From NCBI GenBank assembly GCA_003427395.1, contig BFEA01000046.1, forward strand, positions 517,279-581,278: a stretch of DNA of 64,000 bases. The letters run 5' to 3'. The stretch's first letter is position 1; every line of letters starts with the position of its first letter. This DNA comes from Chara braunii. Its lineage: Eukaryota; Plantae; Charophyceae. Position numbers and translations under genes: made by a program. This document shows, piece by piece, positions 13,601 to 25,470 of this stretch. The notes under the pieces are model-generated. The model was not told where the DNA came from and made no database searches. It worked only from the letters and a program-made list of their open reading frames with translations.

Positions 13601-14203
13601 CTTTGGTTTTAGTGGAAATTTCGGCAGCGCTTCCTTTAGAAAGGAAGGGTTCCAGAATTCCTACTGACCACAAAGACTAAACAATATCCTATCCTAGCTG
13701 ACATCTCTGAAACTTTGACTAACTTTGAGTATTTAGCAGGAATTTTGGCAGCATCTCCCCTAAGGAAAAGAGGCTCCTAGAACTTTTACTAACTCAGAGG
13801 CTAGTCAGAGTCCTATAAAAACCAATCATACAAGAAGAGAATGCGAAAACAAAAAGCAGACATGTACCTGGCCTGTTGCTCAAGCATAAGGTGAGCACTA
13901 ACAAACAACCCTATATAACGCAGAATACAAACAGAGCTTCAGCAAAAAGACACAACATTGCCAACAAGAATGTCATGTCCACATCGCATTCAGTCAATTC
14001 AAAACAAAGGTTCGTTCATCCAAAGTTTTCATTTTTCGCTTGTTCTGATCACAAAAAAAAACATAAGTTATGTATCTTACTTAGTTTATTAACTTTCCAA
14101 GTTGTTCTCAGTCAACCCCATGCAATCACTAACACACTTAGCCTCCACTATTCTCACAAGGAGAAAAGTTAGACCTTTGTCAACAAGCAAAACTGACTGA
14201 CTT

Positions 14204-15165
14204 AGCAAAGCGACCGGATCGGTCAGGAGGACCTCATCTCCAGTCCCATTTCAATGTTTTCAGCAAACAGCAAAGCGACCGGATCAGTATGAAGGACCTC
14301 ATCTCCAGCCGCATTTCAATGTCTTAGGCAAACAGCAAAGCGACCGGATCAGTCTGAAGGACCTCATCTCCAGCCCCATTCCAATGTCTTACGCACACAG
14401 CAAAGAGCCCGGATCAGTTTGAAGGACCTCATCTCCAGCCTCATTTCAATGTCTTAGACAAACAGCAAAGCGACCAGATCAGTCTGAAGGACCTCATCTC
14501 CAGCCCCATTTCAATGTCTTAGGTAAACAGCAAAGCGACCGGATCAGTCTAAAGGACCTCATCTCCGGCCCCATTTCAATGTCTTAGGCAAACAGCAAAG
14601 CGACCGGATCAGTCTGAAGGACCTCGTCTCCAGCCTCATTTCAATGTCTTAGGCAGACAATAAAGCGATCGGATCAGTCTAAAGGATCTCATCTCCAACC
14701 CCATTTCAATGTCTTAGGCAGACAGCAAAGCGACCGGATCGATCTCAAGGACCTCATGTCCAGCCCCATTTCAATGTCTTAGGTGAGCAGCAAAGCGACC
14801 GGATCAGTCTGAAGGACCTCATTTCCAGCCCCATTTCAATGTCTCAGGCAAGCAGCAAAGCGACCGGATCAGTTTGAAGAACCTCATCTCCAACCCCATT
14901 TCAATGTCTTACGCAAACATCAAAGTGCCTGGATAAGTCTGAAGGACCTCATCTCCAGCCCCATTCCAATGTCTTAGGCAAACAACAAAGCGATCAGATT
15001 AGTCTGGAGGACCTCATTTCCAACCCCAGTTCAATGTCTTAGGCAAACAGCAAGGCGACCGGATCAGTCTGGAGGACCTCATTTCTAGCCCCAGTTCAAT
15101 GTCTTAGGCAAAACAGCAAGGTGACCAGATCTGTTCGGAGGACCTCATTTTCATCCCCAGTTCAA
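14204..15165. repeat. 65-bp tandem array inside the LTR (about 15 units)
   Basis: Unit GCAAACAGCAAAGCGACCGGATCAGTCTGAAGGACCTCATCTCCAGCCCCATTTCAATGTCTTAG. Confidence 0.95.
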
Positions 15166-15794
15166 ATCATCGCATACAAGCATCATGATTTTTACCACTG
15201 ACAGATGGCTTAAACATGCATAGTAGATTCTCCTTCTGATTCAGTTAAAGTCATGAAAAAGAAAACAAACATATATACAAGTCAAAGTCAAACAGACCAA
15301 ACACCAGGTTTGTATGGACAAAGGGTTTATTGGGATTCTAATGGTCTAGTGTCAGTGTACCTCTGAGTTCCCTACCTCCAGAGTCCCACCTGGGCTCAGG
15401 TAGAGCTCCCACAATCGGTGGGTCAACCTCCCACAAAGGTCTTGCTGCGGTCCTACTGGTTGCAATCCCGCCTACCGCCTTCCTCTCCTAACACAGAGTA
15501 GACTGAGAGGAAGAAGGAAAGACGAAGAAGAAGTCAGACGCTCGAGATACGAGAAGGGGCCAACTCAACTTACACGAGAGGGCCTTGGTGCCTTCAGATC
15601 CCGAGCGGCCCGCAATGGCGGCCAAAACGCAGCGTCCACAGTCAGATTCGTGGTTAGAACGAAGCGAAGAACCTGTCTTTGAAGAAACTGAAGTTGCGGC
15701 AGCTTCCTGATTAGTGTGTTTGACACACCGCCCACAAGGTAAGTCTCCAAGCTTTCTCGTCATGCCACTCCCTGCACTCTAATGAGCAATGCAC

Positions 15795-16085
15795 TGTGCA
15801 ACAGGTAATTGTCCAGTCCGCCGCCGACCTGCTGCAACTTCCCTCCGACTATATGAATAACGCACAGTCCGACAGGTATGTCTCCCGTCCGGTGCTGGCC
15901 TGCTGCAACTTCCCTCCGAGTGTGTGAATAGCGCAAAGTCTGACAGATAAGTCTCCTGTTCGCCGCTGGCCTGTTGCAGCTTCCCTCCGACTGTGTGGAT
16001 AACGCAAAGTCCGACAGCAGCGACAGGTAAGTCTCCTGTCCGCCGCTGACCTGCTGCAGCTTCCCTCCGACTGTGTGAATAACGC
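15795..16085. repeat. 71-80-bp imperfect tandem array inside the LTR (also about 16500-16775 and 32085-32375)
   Basis: Recurring CCTGCTGCAGCTTCCCTCCGACTGTGTGAATAACGCA...GACAGGTAAGTCTCC. Confidence 0.9.
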
Positions 16086-19000
16086 ACAATCCCTCCTTAT
16101 CAAGACTGCAATACCCGATGTAGCTCGTAGTCAAACCCTCGACACTCCAGTCAGATGCAGGTACCTACAGTCATATCAGAAAGGTCCTCCGGTCGACAAC
16201 GCTAGTCTCCAACCTGTTATGACTCGTCAAAAAGTGGCAGCAGCTACGTCGTCGTGTCAGAAAACGCAGCCCGTCGCCGTCGAGGAAAAACACAGTCCGT
16301 TATTGCTGAGAAAAAACACACAGTCAATTGCCACTTCTCAAACCTCAGCGTTATCCCTGGTTTCCACTTCTCAAACCTATCTTTGAAGAAACTGAAGTTG
16401 AGGCCGCTTCCTGATTAATGTGTTTGACACACCGCCCACCAGGTAAGTCTCCAAGCTTTCTCCTCACGCCACTCCCTGCACTCGTTTGAGTAATGCACCG
16501 TGCAACAGGTAACTATCCAGTCCCCCGCTGACTTGCTGCCCTCCGACTATATGAATAACGCACAGTCCGACAGATAAGTCGCCCGTCCTGCTGTTGCTTC
16601 CCTCGGAGTGTGTGAATAACGCAAAGTCTGACAGATAAGTCTCCCGTCCGCCGCTGGCCTGCTGCAGCTTCCCTCCGACTGTGTGAATAACACAAAGTCC
16701 GACAGCGGCGACAGGTACGTCCCCCGTTCGCCGCTGGCCTGCTGCAGCTTCCCTCCAACTGTGTGAATAACGAACAGTCCCTCCTTCTCAAGACTGTAAT
16801 ACCCGATGCAGCTCGTAGTGAAACCCTCGACACTCCAGTCAGATGCAGGTACCTACAGTCATAGCAGAAAGGTCCTTCGGTCGACAGCGCTAGTCTCTAA
16901 CCTGTTATGACTCGTCAAAAAGTGGTAGCAACTACATCGTCGTGTTAGAAAACGCAGCCCGTCCCTGCCGAGGAAAAACACTGTCCGTTATTGTTGAGAA
17001 AAAACACACAGTCAATTGCCACTTCTCAAACCTCAGCGTTATCCCTGGTTTCCATCTCAAAAGTAAAATTACGAAGCTTGCAATTGTTGAGCACGAAGAC
17101 AGCAGCAATGAGCCGCAATGTTTAGCAATATTGTGTTGTAGAACAACAACTCTTCGAAGGTTACATAATTGATGGTCGTCGATAGACGGTGCACCCGTAG
17201 GTTGATACATCCCTTTATTTCTCTCTCACCTTCCTTCCCCTTTGTGTCGTTCCTACCCTTCGCTATTCAGCCCAATGTATTCGGCCAGGTCCCTGGCCAA
17301 GTACGTCCAACCTCAAGACTCTTGCACCGAAGGGTGATCTCACCGTGACGAATGACGTGCACAACAACGATCTTGACTGCAGCAGCAAGCCTATCTACCT
17401 ACTCACAAAAGGTGTGGAACGAATCTTCAGCTATAATATAGAAGGATACACTGCTGCCTGGCTTGAGCGCCATAGACCACAACCAAGTGACTTTGATACG
17501 ATCCCAACGCCATTTCAGCAAAGCGTTGCAAGGTCAATGCTCGCCCCTCCCGAAGACGACGAACTCCAAGCAAGCAGGCACTGAGAAGATAACGAATCGA
17601 TAGAATGGGCACCACGCGATGATGGTCATCAACAATGTGCACTATTGTGTCGAGGACTTGAGGTGGTGAAGGACATAGTAGCTACAAGCATAATCCGGCT
17701 TTGCACTAGGAGGGCAAAAATTGGGATGAACCTTGCGCTAGACCATAGGAAGATACATTCACTTTCCTACCATGTGAGCTGGTTGGCACCGTAGCTCGCC
17801 TTTTGTTTCATTCCGCGTTGCCTAGTTCAGTCACGCACGCCGAGAGCTATTCCCGTGGATCGCTCATGCGATGCGCCTTCCAATAGGGTAAGTTCCCTCG
17901 TTCCTTCCCTCACTCCTCTCTTCTCTTCCTCCAACGTCCTTGTTACTAGCTCTTCTTTCCCTCTTCAACCATCATCCGTCACTCGATACATGCAAACTTC
18001 AAAGAAGACTATGATGGCTGCTTCGACGAGGAGCAGATGAGCAAGCCCTCAGATTAATCCAGTTGCGGAGGAGCGATCCGATTATAGCAGGAATCTGGCC
18101 GAAGACTCAAGGGAGTTGGCAACCCTTGACCACTAGAAAACGATATCCTCCTCTGTTACGAAAGGTTTAGCCGAAGCAGTGCTGCTTATCAAGCATACAA
18201 AAATGAGAATGAATCTCCCGCTAGAACACCAGCAGATACATCCCCATGTTTCGAACCTCTTGGAGGCGCAGCTCTTGTTGCTTGTACAGGCCAAACCATT
18301 GACTGCGTCAAAAATCTGCAGCGTTCATTAGATTCGGACTGGCCCAAAGCTCCCAGTTAGCATCTTAGATCATCTGAAACGGTCGAGAAATGACCGAGAT
18401 CCGCCTTCTCTACGAATTCTTTACTGAATCCGATTGCAAATTCGAGGTCTCCTCACATTGAAACCTTCGGTAGCTCTTTCGTTCTGTCAAGTTTCGTCAA
18501 AAAACCGGTAAGTTACGACCTTTTCCTTCTGCCATACCCACTTCATCTTCTTTTAATTTCTTCACCTGCCTTCTCGTATCTATGCCTGATCCTGACCAGA
18601 TACATACGTAATTTCCCTGCTTCTTTATTCACCTCTGCGCGCAGCTCACGTTCCCCACAGCTCCGCAACGGAAGCACCAAACTCGATTTTGACTTCGCGA
18701 CTGTGCTCACAATGCCCGAAAACCCCAGGCATGCCTTCCCCTTCGTCCACCAAATGTGCAAATGGGAATGGATCTCCACCTAGAACACGAAAAGATACAT
18801 TGCCTATCCCACAACGCGGCTGCCATCTCCTGTAACACCAAAACTACTAACCTAGCACCAAAACTAACCTTGCCATTGCGTTCACCATGCCTCTAAACCT
18901 CCTTTTCAACTCCTCACTTGCCCGATTTCATTAAGAAACGGGCAAGATACACCAATTTCCCATTTCGTTCTTATCCCTCCTTCGTCTACTCCGCGCACGC

Positions 19001-21235
19001 TATTTCTACTGCACCTCCCAATACACCCAACCATTCGCCAATTTGATTCCACCACCGAACTTGCCCGACCTCATAACCCCTACGTAGCACTTTGGTTCGC
19101 CCGATTCCGCCGAGAATCGGGTGAGATAATCGATCTTTGCTCTACCATAGTCGTTTCCTTCGTCGCCTTCGTCACTTCCCTTCACTCGTCTTCCTTGTTT
19201 CCCCCGACGTCCTTTCTTCTTCGTTTGTTATTGCTTAGTGCCCGCCGCCCGCGTTCTCACTTAGCGTTGCTTAGTACAGTGTTTGCCCTGTAGGATCCGA
19301 CCCAAGCACTTCAGCTATCGTGAGGGAAAACTTCGGTGGCAGCTCGCCCCTATACCCAAGTCTGTCGTACGGTTTGCACTTCAGCTTGCTGCCAGACCTT
19401 TCCACAGTGCCATTCTGGTCGTGCCCCTCCTAGGTTAAGCCGAGGGTTGTCGAGCCCCGGCCCCGGGGCCCCGGCGGGGGTCCAGGGGTTCGNNNNNNNN
19501 NNNNNNNNCAGGTACCTACAGTCATATCAGAAAGGTCCTCCGGTCGACAACGCTAGTCTCCAACCTGTTATGACTCGTCAAAAAGTGGCAGCAGCTACGT
19601 CGTTGTGTCAGAAAACGCAGCCCGTCGCCGCCGAGGAAAAAACACAGTCCGTTATTGCTGAGAAAAAACACACAGCCAGTTGCCACTTCTCAAACCTCAG
19701 CGTCATTACTGGTTTCCACCTCAACAGTAAAAATATGAAGCTTGCAATTGTTGAGCATGGAAGACAACAACAATGAGCCGCAATGTTCAACAATACTGTG
19801 TTGTAGAACAACGACTCTTCGAAGGTTACACAATTGATGGTCGTTGATAGACGGTGCACCCGTAGGTTGATACATCCCTTTATTTCTCTCTCACCTTCCT
19901 TCCCCTTTCTGTCGTTCCTACCCTTCGCCATTCAGCCCAATGCATTCGGCCAGGTCCCTGGCCAAGTACGTCCAACCTTGCACCGAAGGCAGACTGCACC
20001 GTGACGAATGACGTGCACAGCAACGATCTTGACTGCAGCAGCAAGCCTGTCTACCTACTCACAAAAGGTGTGGAACGAATCTTCAGCTAGAATATAGAAG
20101 GATACACGGTTGCCTGGCTTGAGCGCCACAAACCACGGCCAGGTGAATTTGATACTGATCCCAATGGCTCTTCAGCAAAGCGCTGCAAGGTCAATGCTCG
20201 CCCCACTTCATCTTCTTTTATTTCTTCACCTGCCTTCTCGTATCTGTGCCTGATCCCGGCCAGATACATACGTAATTTCCCTGCTTCTTTATTCACCTCT
20301 GCGAGCAGCTCACAACTCCGCACCGAAAGCACCAAACTCGATTTTGACTTTGCCACTGTGCTCACAATGCCCGAAAACCCCAGGTATGCCTTCCCCTTCG
20401 TCCACCAAATGTGCAAATGTGAATGTATCTCTCGCTAGAACACGGAAAGATACATTGCCTATCCCACAGCTCGGCTCCCATCTCCTGTACCACCAAAATT
20501 ACTAACCTAGCACCAAAACCAACCCTGCCATTGTGTTCATCATGCCTCAAAACCTCCTTTTCAACTCCTCACTTGCCCGATTTCATCAAGAAACGGTGAA
20601 GATACACCAATTTCCCGTTTCGTTTTTCTCCCTCCTTCGTCTCCTTCGCGCACGCTATTTGTACTGCACCTCCCAATACACCCAACCATTCGCTAATTTG
20701 ATTCCACCACCGAACTCGCCCGACCTCATAACCCCTATGTAGCACTTTGGTTCGCCCGATTCCGTCGAGAATCGGGTGAGATAATCGATCTTTGCTCTAC
20801 CATAGCCGTTTCCTTCTTCGCCTCCGTCACTTCCCTTCACTCATCGTCCTTGTTTCCCCCGACGTCCTTTCTTCCTCGTTCATTATTGCTTAGTGCCCGC
20901 CGCCCGCGTTCTCACTTAGCGCTGCTTAGTACAATGTTAGCCCTGTAGGATCAGACCCAAGCGCTTCAGCTACCGTGAGGGAAAACTTTGGTGGCAGCTC
21001 GCCCCTATACCCAAGTCTGTCGTACGGTTTGCACTTCAGCTTGCTGCCAGCCCTTTCCACAGTGCCATTCTGGCCGTGCCCCTCCTAGGTTCAGCCCAAC
21101 ATCCCCCGTTTTTTTTTTTCTTTTTTCTTTTTTCTTTTTCTTCTTAGATATCATCCCTAAGCTGACCGGCCCCGGGCAATTCAGAAATAGTTGGTCCTAC
21201 AACTTTACTCATCACAATCCATCATCAGGATTCGA

Positions 21236-21870
21236 ACACAGGTCTGTATTTTCTACAGTTCATGGGTATACTAACTGGGCTTGCTCAAGTGCTCATCCCA
21301 CAGGACTGTTTTCGAACAGTCTGCAGGGGTACCAACCTGCGCTAGGCCCAGTGGCTGTGATCCCACAGACTTCTTTTCAACAGTTCGTGAGTGTACCACC
21401 TGAACCATGCTTGCAGGTGCTGGTTTCACAGCCCTGTTTTCAACAGGTCACGGGTGTACCAACTGAGTTATGCCTGTAGGTGCTGATTTCACAGCCCTGT
21501 TTTCAACAGTTCACGGGTGTACCAGCTGAGTTATGCCTGCACGTGCTGGTTTCACAGCCCTGTTTTCAACAGTTCACGGGTGTACTAGCTAAGTTACCGT
21601 AGGTACAGATCCCACAGGACTGTTTTTCAACAGTCTGCAGGTGTACCAACTGAGGTAGGTCCCCAACTGTTGTTCCCACAAGCCTATTCACAGCAATTTG
21701 TGGGTGTTCCAACTGGCTAGCGTAGGTGTTCATCCCACAAGACTAACAGTCTGCGGTTGTACCATCGAAGCTTAGCTCATTGGCATTGGTCCCACATGAC
21801 TGTTTTTCAACAGTTTGCGGGTGTACAAGCCGAGCTTGGCCCAATGGCAACGGTCCCGTAGGACTGTTCA
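21236..21870. repeat. About 63-bp degenerate tandem array inside the LTR (copy at about 34173-34815)
   Basis: Recurring CACAG..CTGTTTTCAACAGT...GGTGTACCA with a more variable tail. Confidence 0.9.
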
Positions 21871-23245
21871 CCCTCAAATCTCTTACAACAACACATGCTT
21901 GGCAGGTGGTGCACCCGCAGGTGCTGGTCCCGCCACTCAGATTCCTTCCTCGTTGCGGGCTACACACCCACTACTCACATGCACGTTGAATTCCTCGGAC
22001 CATGATTTCAAGATGGGAAAGATGGAGGAATTTTATCATCATCTCGACCACGCATGAAGTCGAACGGACCTTCTGAAAGAGGCGTTTGCTCAAGGTTCTC
22101 GACTGTCGTGACGGCCACTGGTGGGGAGGTGTTTCAATTGCTCCCTACTGTAATGCCGGTCACAACAAGCTATGCTGGCATGCACCTCACGTACCATCAA
22201 GGAGGGCGGTGATGCAGTCGCCTTCTACCCCCGTTGAGTGGGGATACACGACTTTTCTCCTTTCGTTTTGTCGCTCAACAATCTTCAAACATTCTTTAAC
22301 TCTCTTTTGAAGTTCTTTTCATCCGCCCTCGCGGTATTTCTTCGTCATCTGTCCCAGAGCCAGTTCCCGGCCTGGTCAACAAATTGAAAAATGGGAAAAA
22401 ATAAAAATAAAAATAAATCAACAAAATAAAAATAATGGAATTGAAGAGGACGAGGACCTCTCGACGCCCTCTTTGTCCTGCCTGTCGAACCCAGCCTTGC
22501 GCCCGTCTAACAAAACCAAGGGGGATAGCCCCTTAAGACCCTCGACCCCTTAGTCCTTGTTGGTCGCGTTCCCTTGCTCCATCGCCACTTACTGACCTTG
22601 AACCCAAAACCTGTCGCTTGAAATTCCAGAACCGTAACCATTAGAACTAGGCCGAAGGCTGAGCTAGGTAGGCATAAACCTGCGTATGAATAGTCGTGGG
22701 ACCGTGATTGGTCCTACCCGCACAAACCAGCCCTCCACCTTGGCCTACCGGCCACCTCCTGACTCTCAGAAGATGCCGAGACGCCGCCCGCGCCTAGGAT
22801 CGTAGCTGCCTGGTATCCTGGTCGTCGGGCGCTCAACATATTTTGTCAAACTTTTGACTTTTCCCCATACTAGGTTTGCCAATGCCGTGCCTTTCCGTGT
22901 GTCGCCGAACACACTCGTCCTGCGTGTGCGCAAGGTAAAGTTTTTATCCTCTTCGCGCCGTATCCCCCCAGAGACCGAACTAGTTGTGAAGTAAATCTAG
23001 TCTTCATAAAATAAAAGAAAAATATAATCAACAATAACAATTACAGAAGGGAAAGTAACCGGGCCCTACGGCTTTAGCGCCGTTTCGCCAGCCTAATATT
23101 GTGGATGACTAACGGCTATCTCACCGTGCAACACAATAATGAGTGCCCCACACACCTTCTTATTTGGCCGTATTCGACTCGGAGTCCCGCCAAGAGCGAG
23201 GTTGCCGAGACGGCAAATACCCTTGTAAGGGTGTTTGCCACGACA

Positions 23246-23263
23246 GTCCTCCCAGACCCCGTT
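23246..23263 (-). promoter_or_regulatory. Polypurine tract
   Basis: Minus strand AACGGGGTCTGGGAGGAC directly abuts the TGTCG start of the 3' LTR. Confidence 0.7.
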
Positions 23264-25470
23264 AAGCGACCTCCCCGTTGCTTCGGGTAACGACGAAAAA
23301 GTACAAGCGAAAAACATAAGCGAATGGATAGACTTAACAGATGGATAACCAAATCCGTATAATCAGAAGAACTCAGCTTGGGGTTTGGTATTCTAGTTAT
23401 GCGGCGTCCCCATGGCGAGCAGGAGTCCAACCTGCACCTCCTGTCTGACGCACAGGGATACTTTCTTTATACTACCGCCCTAGGTTAGCTTCAGTGTTCA
23501 AATACCAACCCCTTCCGTTTGTCCTAGACGCCTTCTGACTTTCGTTGGGTGCCGTCTGAATCGGGCTATCAAGAAGCTATCATCTTTGGCCGTGGGTTTT
23601 AGGCAGGACAATTGCCCTGAGTGGGACAAAGTGAAGCACACAACAAAGTAGCTCAGCTAAATCAAAGCATACTCCTCTAGGTGGTTTACTCTACAATAAA
23701 AAAAATAGTAACTTACTCCTCTGGGTGGCTTACCATACAAAAGTACGGCCCCTTGAGTAGCTCAACTTGTGATAGACATGGTGTTGCACGTAGCTCACTT
23801 CATGCAATTAAATCAAAACTCAGCCCGACCTTGCGTCTAGTTACATGTGGGTTTATAGTCCTGCCCTCAACCTACCATAGTTTAGCTGATCGGGCCAAAA
23901 AACGGTTCATCGTGCCATTAAGCCACGATGTTGCTTACATTGTTTGCACAATGCTAAGGCGACTCTCTGACTTTTAGACCTAAGTACCCCTTAGTCGTCG
24001 CCCTAGTTAGATTCTTTGGAGTGACCCGATATTTGGCTTAATTATTTAGCCCTCCCATATGATGATAGTAATAATAATAACAAGGATAGTAATAAATATA
24101 ATATTAATAATAGTAAGTAATAGTTAATTATAGTAACCATAATAACCTGCTTATATATATATATATATATCATATGTCATGGATGATGGTGCAAGCGACT
24201 CCTCCGTCTCTAAGTTCAGGCTAAGTTAGGGGTCCGTTGTCCTGGTTAGGCGGGACAGCAGCCCACGTTGGGGGTTGCCCTAACGATGTCGATTTAGCCC
24301 CCGGTTTAGGCCTCCCAAAATACTCTTGAGCCAACTTTCAATGCTTGCAGTCGTTGTGCTTGATCAAGACAGATGCGACCGCCGGCCCTAGAGCCTCACA
24401 AATAAGTCTCTCTCTTTCAGAGAAACCCCTCATTACATGAACATCTTTCTCAAGCTTGGTTATCCACTGACAGTTTTTTGCAAAGATCAAAGCTTTACTT
24501 ATTTCGCATAACAAGCTATAATCATAAATTTTTGCTTTCAACTCACATACATAAACAGGTGGCTCCTCAAAACGGGCTCCCTTCTCATAAATCATTTAGG
24601 CTGCCTTTTCGGTTCAGCCAATTGCCATGCTTTTCTATTAGACAATTTTCACTAACCCTCACACACTGATTCGTATGCAATCAAGGTCAGTAACCACTTG
24701 TTCAACAATCAAAACGACTCACTCACAACCGAAAAACAGATACAAACATCTCAGATGCAAGGGAAGTGAGCACAAGTCCATACTGTGAGAATATTTCATG
24801 GCTCCCTGTTTCCACACGAGACTCACTCGTCTGAATCAAAACTCAACAAATAAGGCATACTTAAAACAAAGAAAAATTGTGTATAGTGCTATGTCCAGTA
24901 GGATACATCTGTGCAATACTCTCTGAATCTCAGAATCAATCATGAAGAAGCGAACGTCTTAAGTGGTTATCACTATCCGACAATTGGAGCAGTGCCCCTG
25001 AACGAAACAATGTAACTCGCAAAAGTACTCGTTAACTCAAGGACTTACCCTGAAAAGTCGTACTCATATCAGACACATACTCACACCAAACTCGCACCAA
25101 TCTCACACAATGCTCACACAAAACTCACGCAAAACCGGACTCTCGTGCCAGGGTAATCTCTAAAACCCCTACTCAGACCAACCTACTAAAACTAGTAGTT
25201 TGTCACGCATGTACAGTCTACCGAAATGTAAGTCAATCCTAATCGCCAACTATATATAATACATGGCTCTAGTCCTGAAGCCAAGAGTCGAAACTTCCAA
25301 TGTACAAGTCACAAGGTAATACAAGTCTATGCCTCGGAGCCCTCAAAGTAGAAGACAACAATATGAAACAAGTCCAACAATATATCCCTCATAATAGCCA
25401 CCTCGTCCTCGTCTATCCCCTCTCTGATCTCATAGTCTGGCTCCTCGTGGTCTCATGGACATGCAACCTA

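Larger units (their letters stand above)
11797..23245 (-). repeat. 3' LTR, 11,449 bp as assembled, with an internal duplication around an N gap
   Basis: Colinear with 28392-36267. Starts TGTCGTGGCAAACACCCTTACAAGGG at 23245 and ends GCGCTCGACA at 11797. Confidence 0.85.

Noticed and set aside
14204-15165. CRISPR array or tandem hammerheads in the 65-bp repeat
   Set aside because: Whole units repeat with no unique spacers and there are no cas genes. CTGAAGG is not followed by a stem II-GAAA arrangement.
21236-21870. CRISPR-like repeat/spacer pattern (hairpin CTGTTTTCAACAG plus variable tail)
   Set aside because: The variable parts are homologous to each other and the conserved part is itself degenerate, so this is an ordinary ageing tandem repeat.
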